Part shown: positions 51,801-62,087 of the stretch, piece after piece
How positions within the stretch are numbered: the first letter of the stretch is position 1
Layout of the letters: each line of letters opens with the position of its first letter
Assembly (NCBI GenBank): GCA_963728595.1
Contig: CAVSLF010000007.1
Location: 1-64,000 of the forward strand
Reading direction: 5' to 3'
Source: an uncultured Nitrososphaeraceae archaeon
GTDB taxonomy: Archaea > Thermoproteota > Nitrososphaeria > Nitrososphaerales > Nitrososphaeraceae
Length of the DNA: 64,000 nucleotides
Notes under the pieces: model-generated
The model's input: the letters and a program-made list of their open reading frames with translations, nothing else
Databases searched by the model: none
What the model was told of the DNA's origin: nothing
Translations under genes and position numbers: made by a program

Positions 51801-52214
51801 TCAATCTGACGCCTTCAGCAGGGAGACTCTTTTTTTCTTTACTAGTGGAATAACTTTTTCGATAACGATTTCATGAAAGCTATCTGTGTTTGAGTCGAAG
51901 GACATTAGTAATACGTATGATAATCGGCGGTTATCGTCAGTAATCGGAATTGTAGCTCTTATAAGTTTGGCATAATGCGAACTAGCATACAATATCTTTC
52001 CGAGTAACACTTCCCATCGAAGCCTAGTATATTGTCTTGTGGCTGCGGTTATAGCATATTGCGCCCTTTCTTCGAACGATAAGAGAGGTTTGAGGCCTTT
52101 GCGTTGAGAAACCCCTACTAGTATTCCATCTTCGTTAGCGATTCCTGCGAATCTTATAGAGGGATCCAAGCCTACAACAGAGCGACATAACGACGTATAG
52201 ATTGGCTTTTCCAA
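51801..52214 (-). CDS. Thaumarchaeal roadblock/profilin-like hypothetical protein
   Basis: CRSVVGLDPSIRFAGIA...RKGLKPLLS...LGKILY pattern. Confidence 0.6.
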   Translation of the reverse strand: MEKPIYTSLCRSVVGLDPSIRFAGIANEDGILVGVSQRKGLKPLLSFEERAQYAITAATRQYTRLRWEVLLGKILYASSHYAKLIRATIPITDDNRRLSYVLLMSFDSNTDSFHEIVIEKVIPLVKKKRVSLLKASD

Positions 52215-52699
52215 TGCCCTGCCTATTACATACCATAATTTTAACTTCTTGTTGAAAAGTGGCTTTCCGACAAGATTTTCATTTGTACTATTCTTGGTGA
52301 TTTACTCCAAAATTTGACTATTACGCATAGAACAAATCATACTTCGGTTATAAGTTTAGGTGTGATTTCAAATTTCATTTTTTGCCAAAGTTTACTTCGT
52401 TATGTATTCATAATGCGCATAATGAAGCGTCATGAATTGAAAAGACGCTATCCAGACCAAATTATTCTAATTATGCAGAGGACCAATAAGTTTAATTTCA
52501 ATCATTTGTAATTCAGACATCATATTTTGCTTTTAATGCATTGCACTCATGATTAGTCGGTATTGATACTTATTACAAGAAATTCATCGCCCAGAGATAA
52601 CAGTGTCACCTAGTTTAACAAGTAGACGTATCGCCAATCAACTTAACACAGCCCTTGCCGGCAAATCTTATATGTTACGGTTCATTACCGAACTATCTA

Positions 52700-53092
52700 A
52701 TGCCTAAACCTGGTTTCAAATCAATAACGGTAAGTGAGAACGTCTATAGAAGATTTTTCGATGCATACGCAAAGAACAAAAAGGAACTTGAGTTTAAGGG
52801 CATAACTAGTTTTTCAGGCTATTTAACAAGTATCATGGAGGAAATGATGAAAAAATATGAAGCAAATGGTCTTCACGTACCATTTATGGAGAAAATTCTA
52901 ATAGACCATAATAGTGTTATAATTAAAGACAACAAAAAAAATCGAATTGTAGAAATTAGTTTACGTAATAATGAATTACAATGTTTACTTGATGATAGAA
53001 ACGATTGTGTCCATGTTGGGTTCGTCTATTCCCTTCCGGAGTTGTATTTTATGCTTACACCAAAAGAGATCAAAAGTTCAACGGACTTGTAA
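52700..53092 (+). CDS. Conserved hypothetical protein with RHH-like N-terminus and C-terminal C-x6-C-x-H
   Basis: MPKPGFKSITVSENVY...LQCLLDDRNDCVHVGF. Confidence 0.65.
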   Translation: MPKPGFKSITVSENVYRRFFDAYAKNKKELEFKGITSFSGYLTSIMEEMMKKYEANGLHVPFMEKILIDHNSVIIKDNKKNRIVEISLRNNELQCLLDDRNDCVHVGFVYSLPELYFMLTPKEIKSSTDL

Positions 53093-53146
53093 TAGGTTCA
53101 AGCCCCTTCATCACTCTTTCTGCGAATTAAGGAAATCGGTTTCTAC

Positions 53147-53521
53147 CTAAGATCCGATCATCCCTGGCAATTTGATGGGTTTCCTATAATCTTTAGTTAT
53201 GTTAATACCATGATCAGCGGTTATTTTTACAATATTCAAATCACTACCTTCTGGAGGAGAAAGTCCAATTTTCTCTCCAGGATTGAGTATGTTGATCGTT
53301 TCATTCTTAGATCCGTAGTCAACAGTGATATGTGTTAATGGTAACCTACCTGTATTGTCCAGAATAATTCTGGTATTAATGAAAAGGGATTGTTCGTCCT
53401 TCATAGCATCGACTCCTAGTGAATATTCCTCTCGTACAAGATTAGTCAACATTAAATATGACACAATAGCGACTGCGCCGGTGCCTAAAGCTGCGGCACC
53501 GATTAAGTTAATCTTTTGCAT
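53147..53521 (-). CDS. Membrane-anchored Ig-like hypothetical protein
   Basis: N-terminal TM, NTGRLPL, LNPGEK beta-sandwich-type motifs. Confidence 0.6.
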   Translation of the reverse strand: MQKINLIGAAALGTGAVAIVSYLMLTNLVREEYSLGVDAMKDEQSLFINTRIILDNTGRLPLTHITVDYGSKNETINILNPGEKIGLSPPEGSDLNIVKITADHGINITKDYRKPIKLPGMIGS

Positions 53522-53600
53522 ACCTACTGTATTTGATTTAGTTCAAGAGTTATTTAAGGACATTTAGAAATTAATGAGAAGATGTAGGTAGGTAGGTTTT

Positions 53601-55034
53601 CTAATCTCCCTTCATCTGCTCCCTGGTCCTAAATGTCGGTTTTATTCCTAATGGAGTATAGTCTCCGGTGGAGCATGAGAAGCACAGATCTTTTTCATCT
53701 ATTCCTATTGCTTCAGCCAGAGTTGATGTATCATTATAGACAACATTGTCTGCTCCAATCACATTCGCAACTTTTCTCGCCAGCTCTTCTTCCGAACCAA
53801 ATGGTACTTGTCGGTAGGCTAAGAGTTCTTCTTGGGAAGGAAAATCTATTCCTGCATAACAGGGAAAACGAATTGGTGGAAAAGTAACTATTAAAGAAAT
53901 CTTTGATGCCCCAGCCAGTCTAAGCGTTTTCATAATAGATTCAGAGCTTGTGCCTCTAACTATACTGTCGTCTATAACAACAACATGTTTACCGTCAATA
54001 ACTTGTTTAATAGGGATAATTCCTTTATTTATGTCGACACGATCTTCCTGATAAGGTTCTATGAAGCTCCTCATTGAGCCCTTCTTCCTATATCTGTCTT
54101 TCAACAACCCTTCCTCAAAAGGAATACCCAATTCCTGGGCGTAGCCCAACGCTGCCGGTCTCGCAGAATCTGGCACAGGGATGACTACATCTGCATCGTG
54201 AAATGGATACTTGCGTGCAAGGTAGTGGCCCACTCTCTTTCTAGCTTCATAAACGACTACTCCTTCTACTGTGCTTGCAGGATGTGCGAAATATGTGAAT
54301 TCAAAAGAGCAGTGTGCATGGCGTTTTTCATTTGCAAATTTCTGATGTTCAACACCGGCTGATCCCAGTTTTAATAACTCACCGGGTTCAACATCGCAGA
54401 GCAAATCGCCACCAACTGAATCTATCGCACATGATTCTGATGCAACCATGTAAGTGTCTGACTCAGGTATGTGTCCCAGTACCAATGGTCGAAATCCTCG
54501 GCTATCACGCGCAGCATAAACTGATCCATCACCAGTAAGAAATGTAAAGCAAAAAGAACCGACCATTTCACCCTTCAATATACCCATAGCTTCAACGATG
54601 TTTCCTTTGACCTGAAGGTGCGTCAATAGTCTTTGTGCAGCTACAAGTGTATCACTCATTGTTTGTGGAGTAAAAGTACAACCTCCAACCATCCCTGACA
54701 ACTCCTCGGCGTTAGCAATAGTACCATTATGTGCGATACACAAATCCTTGATCTTTAAAGGTTGAGCATTTTCCAAATTGCTCTTTCCTAAGGTGGAATA
54801 TCTTACATGTCCTATTGCTGCGGGTGAATTATATTTTTTTACCAAACCTCTAAAAAGTTTGGCGGATGAAGAGACAAGACCAAGATTCCTGAAGGGAGGC
54901 TTCGAAGGTACTGCAAAACCCCACGATTCTTGACCTCTATGCTGCAGGGACCTGAGGGAATCTATAACGTATGGAATTACATTGTGACCACTTGCTGAAA
55001 ATATTCCGACAACCCCACAATTTTCATGAACCAT
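53601..55034 (-). CDS. purF: Amidophosphoribosyltransferase
   Basis: ENCGVVG, LQHRGQES, GHVRYST, PVPDS, DDSIVRGT, CYAGID. Confidence 0.97.
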   Translation of the reverse strand: MVHENCGVVGIFSASGHNVIPYVIDSLRSLQHRGQESWGFAVPSKPPFRNLGLVSSSAKLFRGLVKKYNSPAAIGHVRYSTLGKSNLENAQPLKIKDLCIAHNGTIANAEELSGMVGGCTFTPQTMSDTLVAAQRLLTHLQVKGNIVEAMGILKGEMVGSFCFTFLTGDGSVYAARDSRGFRPLVLGHIPESDTYMVASESCAIDSVGGDLLCDVEPGELLKLGSAGVEHQKFANEKRHAHCSFEFTYFAHPASTVEGVVVYEARKRVGHYLARKYPFHDADVVIPVPDSARPAALGYAQELGIPFEEGLLKDRYRKKGSMRSFIEPYQEDRVDINKGIIPIKQVIDGKHVVVIDDSIVRGTSSESIMKTLRLAGASKISLIVTFPPIRFPCYAGIDFPSQEELLAYRQVPFGSEEELARKVANVIGADNVVYNDTSTLAEAIGIDEKDLCFSCSTGDYTPLGIKPTFRTREQMKGD

Positions 55035-55123
55035 TTCAGCTACAGTGAATGCTTGACTAGAAGGGACAAATAAGAGTTACTTGGCCAAATGTTGCACAAT
55101 GAGTAAGATTTCAATTTTCGATA

Positions 55124-57305
55124 TCAGCTTTCGTGGTACCCCTTCATGATCCTATCAAGATTTTCGTAACTAGAGCGGGCTTTTTCCAATGGTATACTAA
55201 TAGTCCTCTTTTTGGACTGTCTTAATTGAATAGTACCATCGTAATCGCCTGCATGTCCAATTTCCGAATAGGAGCATCCCAGTTTATCAAGTAATATTTC
55301 AGCTTCATGTGTTTTCTTGGTTGCAAATAAGTATCTGGAATTGGTCTCGGAGAATAGTAAATAATCTAATCGCTTGCAGCAGTTCGGAATTCTTTCCACG
55401 TCAACAGAAATGCCAATATTTCCATGCAACGCCATTTCTATCAAAGATATGGCTAATCCGCCTTTAGAGCAATCATGGACACAGTTTGTAATTTTCTCGT
55501 GGATCAATTGTAGAATTGAACTTCCATGCAGTAGATCAATATTCAAATTTAATCCCGCTACCCTTCCTCCCACACTCTCATGATAATTTTCGAAATATTC
55601 AGTTCCGCCCATTTCTTCGCCAGTTAACCCAATTATGAACAGCGAATCTCCAGATTCCAAGTTTGATCTAACGATATTAGCCCTCCCTTCAATTAGACCG
55701 ATTGCGCCTATCACTGGAGATGGTTTTATTGCTCCCCTTCCCGTTTCATTGTAGAAGCTTACTTTCCCCCCTACAACAGGAATTGACATGAACTTGCAAA
55801 AGTCGGCTATGGCTTCTATGCTTTTTCTAAAAGTCCAATAAATACCTGGTCGTTCAGGATTCCCAAACTGCAAATGATCTATAATCCCAATTGGTTGTGC
55901 TCCAGTACATCTAATATTTCTACAGGCTTCCGATAAACACCCCAACGTTCCTTCATAGGGATCAAGATAGCAATGTTTTGAATTTCCATCTAATTTAAGA
56001 GAAATAAAACGGTCGTTATCAATCCTTACGACCGAGGCATCTCCTTCGCCTGGCTTGATGACTGTTCTTGTTCCCACTTCATGATCATATTGCTGATAAA
56101 CCCATCTTTTGCTTGCAATATTAGGATTTGACAACATCTTCAAGATGGCCTTCTCATAGTCTTTGACTTCCGCGGGTTCAACAAAATATTTCTTGATCTT
56201 TCTCAAATATGATGGCCTAATTGATCTACGATTCACTAACGGTGCATTCGCAAGCAAACTTGATTTCATTCTAGCAATGAATCTTCCATTCAACAGAATA
56301 ACAAGATCTAGGTGATCCTTTACTATCCCTATTTTCGAATGCGTGATCCCAAATCGATCAAATATTCGTTTGAATTCATGCTGTTTCTTTTTGCTTATTA
56401 TGTAAATCATTCGCTCTTGTGACTCGGAGATCATGATCTCATTTGGTGAAAGAGACGGAATTTTTTTGTGAACTGACGACAATTCAACCTCGAATCCCAT
56501 TCCCACACTGTCAGATAATTCGGAGAGACAGCATGCCAAACCTCCACCTCCAAGATCTTTTATAGCCTTAATGCATCCCTTTTTTACAGCCTCTCTTGTT
56601 GCTTCAATCAACAATTTCTCTAAAAAAGGATCAGGAATTTGAACAGCAGATCGGTCTTCTACTAATAATTTTGATGCAAACGAAGCACCGTGAAGGCCGT
56701 CACGCCCCGTTGGATTTCCTGCAAGTATAATTAGATCATCATACTCTGCTTCATTGGGAATAATTTCATCTCTTCTACCAAGGCCTATTGCAGTAACATC
56801 TACAAGGCAGTATTCGCGAAAGGATTTGTCAAATTCGACTTCGCCACCTACGTTAGGAATCCCAATACAATTGCCATAGTCCGCAATTCCCTTAACCACG
56901 TTCTTAAAGAGCCACTTTGAGCTGAGACGAGTTGCCATTTTCAATGGGCGCAAATCGAAGCGCATTGAGAAGACCTATGGGCCTTGTCCCCATGGAAATG
57001 ATATCACGTATAACGCCTCCAACTCCAGTTGCAGCGCCGCTGTACGGATCAATGGCTGAGGGATGATTGTGACTTTCAATATGTACAGTAATAACATTTC
57101 CGTTGCCTACGTCCAAGACGCCTGCATCGTATCCAGGTCCTACTATAACGTTAGTTCCTTTGGTTGGTAATAATTTAAGCAACATCTTTGAAGACTTATA
57201 TGAACAATGTTCGGACCATTCGGTAGAAGTCATATCAAGTTCAAGTGGGTTGGGTCTCCTACCCAGGTGCCTAGTCAGATAATCAACTTCTGTAGGAGAT
57301 AACAC
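55124..57305 (-). CDS. purL: FGAM synthase subunit PurL, frameshifted near 56920
   Basis: WSEHCSYKSS, ESHNHPS, DGLHGASFAS, DLGGGG, SESQERM, QYDHEV, GGKVSFYNE, HDCSKGG, LFSE. Confidence 0.96.
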
Positions 57306-57311
57306 GTCGTT

Positions 57312-58022
57312 TTAACCCCTCCGCTTATTTACAGGTTTTTTCCCAGACAGAAAAAGCATTAACGATTGGAAAATTAAGATAGCATTATTTGTTAAACCAT
57401 GAGGCATAAGTATCTGATCTGAAGCTCTTTCTGGATGAGGCATCATACCCAAAACGTTTCCATTAACGTTGCATACTCCAGCAATAGATCCAATAGAACC
57501 GTTGGGATTTTCATCTTTATACTTGAACACTATTTGTTTATTTTTCTTCAAACTTTCATATGTGTCTTGATCAATCACATAACGCCCCTCACCATGTGCG
57601 ACGGGTATGTTAATTAGTTGATTATTATTTAGCATGCCCGTAAAAGGTGTTGAGGTATTTAATACCTCCATTCTAGTCCACTTACATACAAAGTTTAGCC
57701 CTCTATTCATCAACAAGGCTCCCGGCAACATTCCAGATTCTACAAGTATTTGAAATCCATTACAAATTCCCAATACTGGCAAGCCTTTTTCAGCCAATTT
57801 CTTAATATGTCTGACAATTGGGCTACGTGCAGCAATAATTCCTGCACGTAGTCTATCGCCATAGGAAAACCCTCCCGGAAGAATAATGGCGTCAAATTCA
57901 TGTATAAAATCAGTCTTGTGCCACAAATATTCTGTTTCGAGTTTCAGGATATTGTTTAATACATTAAATACATCACGATCGCAATTACTTCCGGGAAAAA
58001 CTACTAGCCCAATCTTAACCAT
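57312..58022 (-). CDS. purQ: FGAM synthase glutaminase subunit
   Basis: FPGSNCD, PGGFSYGD, GICNGFQ, AHGEG, MMPHPER. Confidence 0.97.
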   Translation of the reverse strand: MVKIGLVVFPGSNCDRDVFNVLNNILKLETEYLWHKTDFIHEFDAIILPGGFSYGDRLRAGIIAARSPIVRHIKKLAEKGLPVLGICNGFQILVESGMLPGALLMNRGLNFVCKWTRMEVLNTSTPFTGMLNNNQLINIPVAHGEGRYVIDQDTYESLKKNKQIVFKYKDENPNGSIGSIAGVCNVNGNVLGMMPHPERASDQILMPHGLTNNAILIFQSLMLFLSGKKPVNKRRG

Positions 58023-58136
58023 TTAGAGGATGGTTTGATCCTCCATCTTACTTTTATTAATAGATTGGGCCCGATGACAAGCATTGGAGCTCATTTCAAA
58101 ATATTTATTTTGACTGTCATTTATTAGATATACTCA

Positions 58137-58550
58137 TTGAATGATTTAGTACAAGACATTATGACAAAGGACGTTGTAGCTGTTGATGAAAATATGACTG
58201 CTTTAGATGCAGCCAGGCTAATGACTGAAAAGGGGATAAGCTCTTTAATAATCGAGAAAGATCATGCTCCTGTAGGAATAATATCTGAAAGGGATTTTGT
58301 GAAGAAAATATGCTTAAAGGACACGCAGCCTTCTACTATAAATGTTGGGAGCATGATGTCTAAAATTCAAACCTACGCTAGCCCTGATACCCCTGTAGAA
58401 GTTGCTGTACAAAGGATGGTCAATCACAAGATCAGAAGGCTTCCTGTAATTTCCGACGGCAAGGTTATCGGAATAATCACTGTGACTGATTTGGCAAAGC
58501 ACCTTAGAACAATCCTGTTGATTGAAGGAATCCTTTCTGATGAAAATTAA
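58137..58550 (+). CDS. CBS-domain pair protein
   Basis: VQDIMTK, GIISERD, IRRLPV, GIITVTD. Confidence 0.92.
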   Translation: MNDLVQDIMTKDVVAVDENMTALDAARLMTEKGISSLIIEKDHAPVGIISERDFVKKICLKDTQPSTINVGSMMSKIQTYASPDTPVEVAVQRMVNHKIRRLPVISDGKVIGIITVTDLAKHLRTILLIEGILSDEN

Positions 58551-58672
58551 AGACATTATGTTTCCCATTAAGAGAATCATTTGATAATCTACTAGAGATA
58601 TCTATTCTTTGTAAATTCAGATATAATAGAATTGTTTAACCACATTAAGATCCAAAAGTATAAAAGCATTCC

Positions 58673-59884
58673 ATGCCGTTTGTAGTTGATAGGATGGAAT
58701 TTAAAAATCTTGTTGCCCCAGTGGCACTGTTGTTTATCTTAAGTTTTGGATTTGGAAACTTGCAGGCTTTCGGTCAGGCCATGACAAAAGATGCGACTTT
58801 GAGAATAGAATCGACAGTACAAGGATTATCATTTCCCACTAGCATTTTGTTTCTAGATGCAGATCATATTTTGGTTTTAGAAAAGGAAGGGAATGTGCGA
58901 CTTGTCTCTAGTGGTGTTTTACAACCAAGTCCTATCCTTTCTTTGTCTGCAGTAAATAAGAATGAGAGAGGACTGTTGGGTATCGAAAAGATTGGAGAGA
59001 ATGTGTTTTTATACGTTACAGAAGATGATGATGGCGCGAAGAATAGGGTATACAGATACGACATAACTGGATCTACTTTAACAAATCAGAAGTTGATTCT
59101 GGATCTTCCTGCCGGGCCTGGAACCAATCATCAAGGGGGAAAATTAGTTTCGGGAAAAGACAATTCACTCTATTCTGTAACGGGCGAACTACAACGAAAT
59201 GGCAAGGACCAGAATATTAATGATGGGCCAGAACCTGATTTCAGTGGTGCAATTCTTAGAGTAAATCCGGAAAATGGCAGTCCTGCACAGAACAATCCTT
59301 TCCCTACAAGCAATTCATCATCAGATCCTCTGGGTCATTACTATGCATATGGCATCAGAAATAGTTTTGGACTCGCGATAGACCCTGTGACTGGTTCTTT
59401 ATGGGACACGGAAAATGGCGAAGATGTATATGATGAGATCAATTTAGTATCTCCAGGATTCAACAGTGGTTGGAAACTGGTGATGGGTCCAATATCAAAT
59501 AGTGGCATTTCCGAATCTCAGTTGGTAAATTTTGATGGTTCAAAATATTCGGATCCAACCCTCAGTTTTAAGGATCCAATAGGTATCACGGACATAGAAT
59601 TTCTAGATTCGAATAAATTGGGTGACAAGTATACTAATAATGTATTTGTAGGAGATATTAACAACGGAAACCTGTATTTTTTCCAAATGAATGAAGGGAG
59701 AAATGGTTTTAATTTGGACTCACCCGGCTTAGATGACAAAGTCGTCGACAACGATCAAGAACTAGATTCTGTTGTTCTGGGAACTGGATTTGGTGGAATC
59801 ACGGATATTGAAACTGGACCTGACGGATATCTGTATGTTCTTTCCTATGAAGATGGAGCTATATACAAGATCAGCAAGTCTTAA
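58673..59884 (+). CDS. PQQ-dependent glucose/sorbosone dehydrogenase family beta-propeller (second paralog)
   Basis: ERGLLGI, HQGG, YAYGIRNSFG, DTENG, GFNSGW, GPDGYLY. Confidence 0.9.
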   Translation: MPFVVDRMEFKNLVAPVALLFILSFGFGNLQAFGQAMTKDATLRIESTVQGLSFPTSILFLDADHILVLEKEGNVRLVSSGVLQPSPILSLSAVNKNERGLLGIEKIGENVFLYVTEDDDGAKNRVYRYDITGSTLTNQKLILDLPAGPGTNHQGGKLVSGKDNSLYSVTGELQRNGKDQNINDGPEPDFSGAILRVNPENGSPAQNNPFPTSNSSSDPLGHYYAYGIRNSFGLAIDPVTGSLWDTENGEDVYDEINLVSPGFNSGWKLVMGPISNSGISESQLVNFDGSKYSDPTLSFKDPIGITDIEFLDSNKLGDKYTNNVFVGDINNGNLYFFQMNEGRNGFNLDSPGLDDKVVDNDQELDSVVLGTGFGGITDIETGPDGYLYVLSYEDGAIYKISKS

Positions 59885-60263
59885 CAGTAACTAATGATTT
59901 AAATCGTTTAAGTCAATGCCCGACTCAAATGAGCTGGTGTGGCATAGACTTTAGATGTCGAGTAATATTTTTCACCACCCGTTACTCGTACTATTTCCTG
60001 TACAAATGTACGTGTTATTTCAATTTTTTAATGCTAGATTATCTAGTAGATCAGGGCTAATATCATTTTTAGTTACATGGGAAATGTATCTCATAAACGA
60101 ACAGAGATAAGTGCAACATAGAAGAAAAGAAAAATAAACAAAAAGACTATTGATCATAAATATAATGTTTTTCAGGGGCAGATATCTGAATAGGTTTGCG
60201 GTGCAATAGACAAGCAGCAGGACTTTCGAAACGGAATCATGAAACGTTCTCATGGTTCCGATT

Positions 60264-60714
60264 TTACTTCCTTGATCTACAATATTCAGTCTTGAATTTC
60301 TTCAGTTCATCGTAAATCTCGGTGTCCTCGATTGCTCCGACCAAGACCTGGTTCAACGTTGCCTTTGACAATATCTGAACAGGCATTTGCAGTTCTTTCA
60401 TGGCAGACGATATGACATCCTTTATCCTTCCCGAAGTAAGAATTATTCGTTGATTGGGATTGGCCGCAAGTATTCAGCTTTGCAATCTCAAGTCCGTTCA
60501 TGTCAGGCAGTATTTGATCTAATATCACCACGTCATACGGGGACATATAGGAATTATTAAAATCCTTGGGTCGTACCACCTGTAAGTTTTTACGATAAGT
60601 GTTTATGCACTTACCACCTGTGTCAGTAATCTTAACTTGATGACCTCTATTTACCAGAATAAGTTGATACAATAACGTGGCATCTCTTTCATCCATCCCT
60701 ACCAGTATTTTCAT
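60264..60714 (-). CDS. Response regulator (receiver plus short C-terminal extension), frameshifted near 60475
   Basis: KILVG...YDVVILDQILPDMNGLEIAK; the shifted frame continues ILAANPNQRIILTSG...IEDTEIYDELKK. Confidence 0.75.
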
Positions 60715-60959
60715 TTAGTAAAAATATAAGAGGAACATAGTATTATTTGGTTTTTTATATTTCACAGATTCATTTTGTTGGAAAATTTATTCTCAAAAAT
60801 CGTTGATATAAATCGTATGAAGAAATATGAGCTCTTCCCTTACTGTTGATTAGTATAGAAGTGTATGAAAAACACTTGCATATCTCAATAACGAGATATT
60901 TTGATATAAAACCATCTGTATTGAAAGATTTTAAACTACTTGAACTGAAGGTAACCAGT

Positions 60960-61487
60960 TTGACTGGAATTCATACTTTGACTATTTACCGTAACCAGGA
61001 AGACAAATTTGCACATGCTCTACATTTTTTAAAAGAAGGACTAGAAAATAACGAATCCGTTGTACTTATAACAGATTATCTTATCAAGGAGAAAGTGCTT
61101 GATGTAATGCGTGATCTATGGGACACTGACTATGTAGACACTCTTTACAAGGAAGGGGATATTACAATTGTTACTACAGCAGAATGGTATTTCAGAGGCC
61201 ATTATATGAATATCAATAACGAAAAAGTAATGAAGTGTTGGAACGATGTAACAGATAAGGCGATACAAAGAGGCAAGAGAGGACTTAGAGCATTTGGAGA
61301 CGTCAGGTTGTTTTTCGAACATGGCCTGATTGATGAACTGCTTAGCTATGAATCAGAGTTTCACAGGAAGCCGTATTTCTCTCTAAAAATAATCTGTGCA
61401 TATCTTGAATCAGATATAATATCACTACCGCCTCAATTATGTGAAGCGCTACAACGACATCATAAACATGTTTATCTGGTTCCATAA
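60960..61487 (+). CDS. MEDS sensory-domain protein
   Basis: HTLTIY...FLKEGLENNESVVLI...GLRAFGD...LLSYES...IICAY...LQRHH; start taken at TTG 60960. Confidence 0.85.
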   Translation: MTGIHTLTIYRNQEDKFAHALHFLKEGLENNESVVLITDYLIKEKVLDVMRDLWDTDYVDTLYKEGDITIVTTAEWYFRGHYMNINNEKVMKCWNDVTDKAIQRGKRGLRAFGDVRLFFEHGLIDELLSYESEFHRKPYFSLKIICAYLESDIISLPPQLCEALQRHHKHVYLVP

Positions 61488-62087
61488 AATATAGCCAAAT
61501 GGAATAATATTCAAGTTAAAACCAAACAATTAAGGTTAGGAGTTGATGTTCCTGGCCTTTGTGTAAAGAAGATCCCAAACCTGCAATTTCACACTAATAA
61601 TATTCTGTGAAAATTATATACACCCGCTTTAAACAACTGGAAACTTTATGAAGCAAATTTTGAGTATTTTGCAGTAAAGCAATAACAAATCAAATAGGAG
61701 AACGTACTCCGTAAACCATGTTTGCATGCTAATTTGGAAGGACTGATATATCCTTTCTTCATAGTCTAGCAGTGGAAATTCAGGTGAGTAATCAAGATGC
61801 AATGAGAGATCATCAGGAACAGATGTGTAATTTCAGAGTAATTCGTTACGACAGCACAAGATCTTGAGACCAATTTTGAAACATGGTGTTTAACTATTAA
61901 GGATCGAGTTAGTTGATGTTTTCAAAAATGGCTTTTTACCTTTGACCCAGGATCGTGTTTATGTCATTTGTTCTCGGCGAATCTGAATCTTGGGCATGAC
62001 ACTATTGTTAATTTGAAGTTACTGGTAAAAATAACAATCTGTGTCATATGAAGAACATTCGTTTTAGAAGAAAGTAGGAGATGATCA

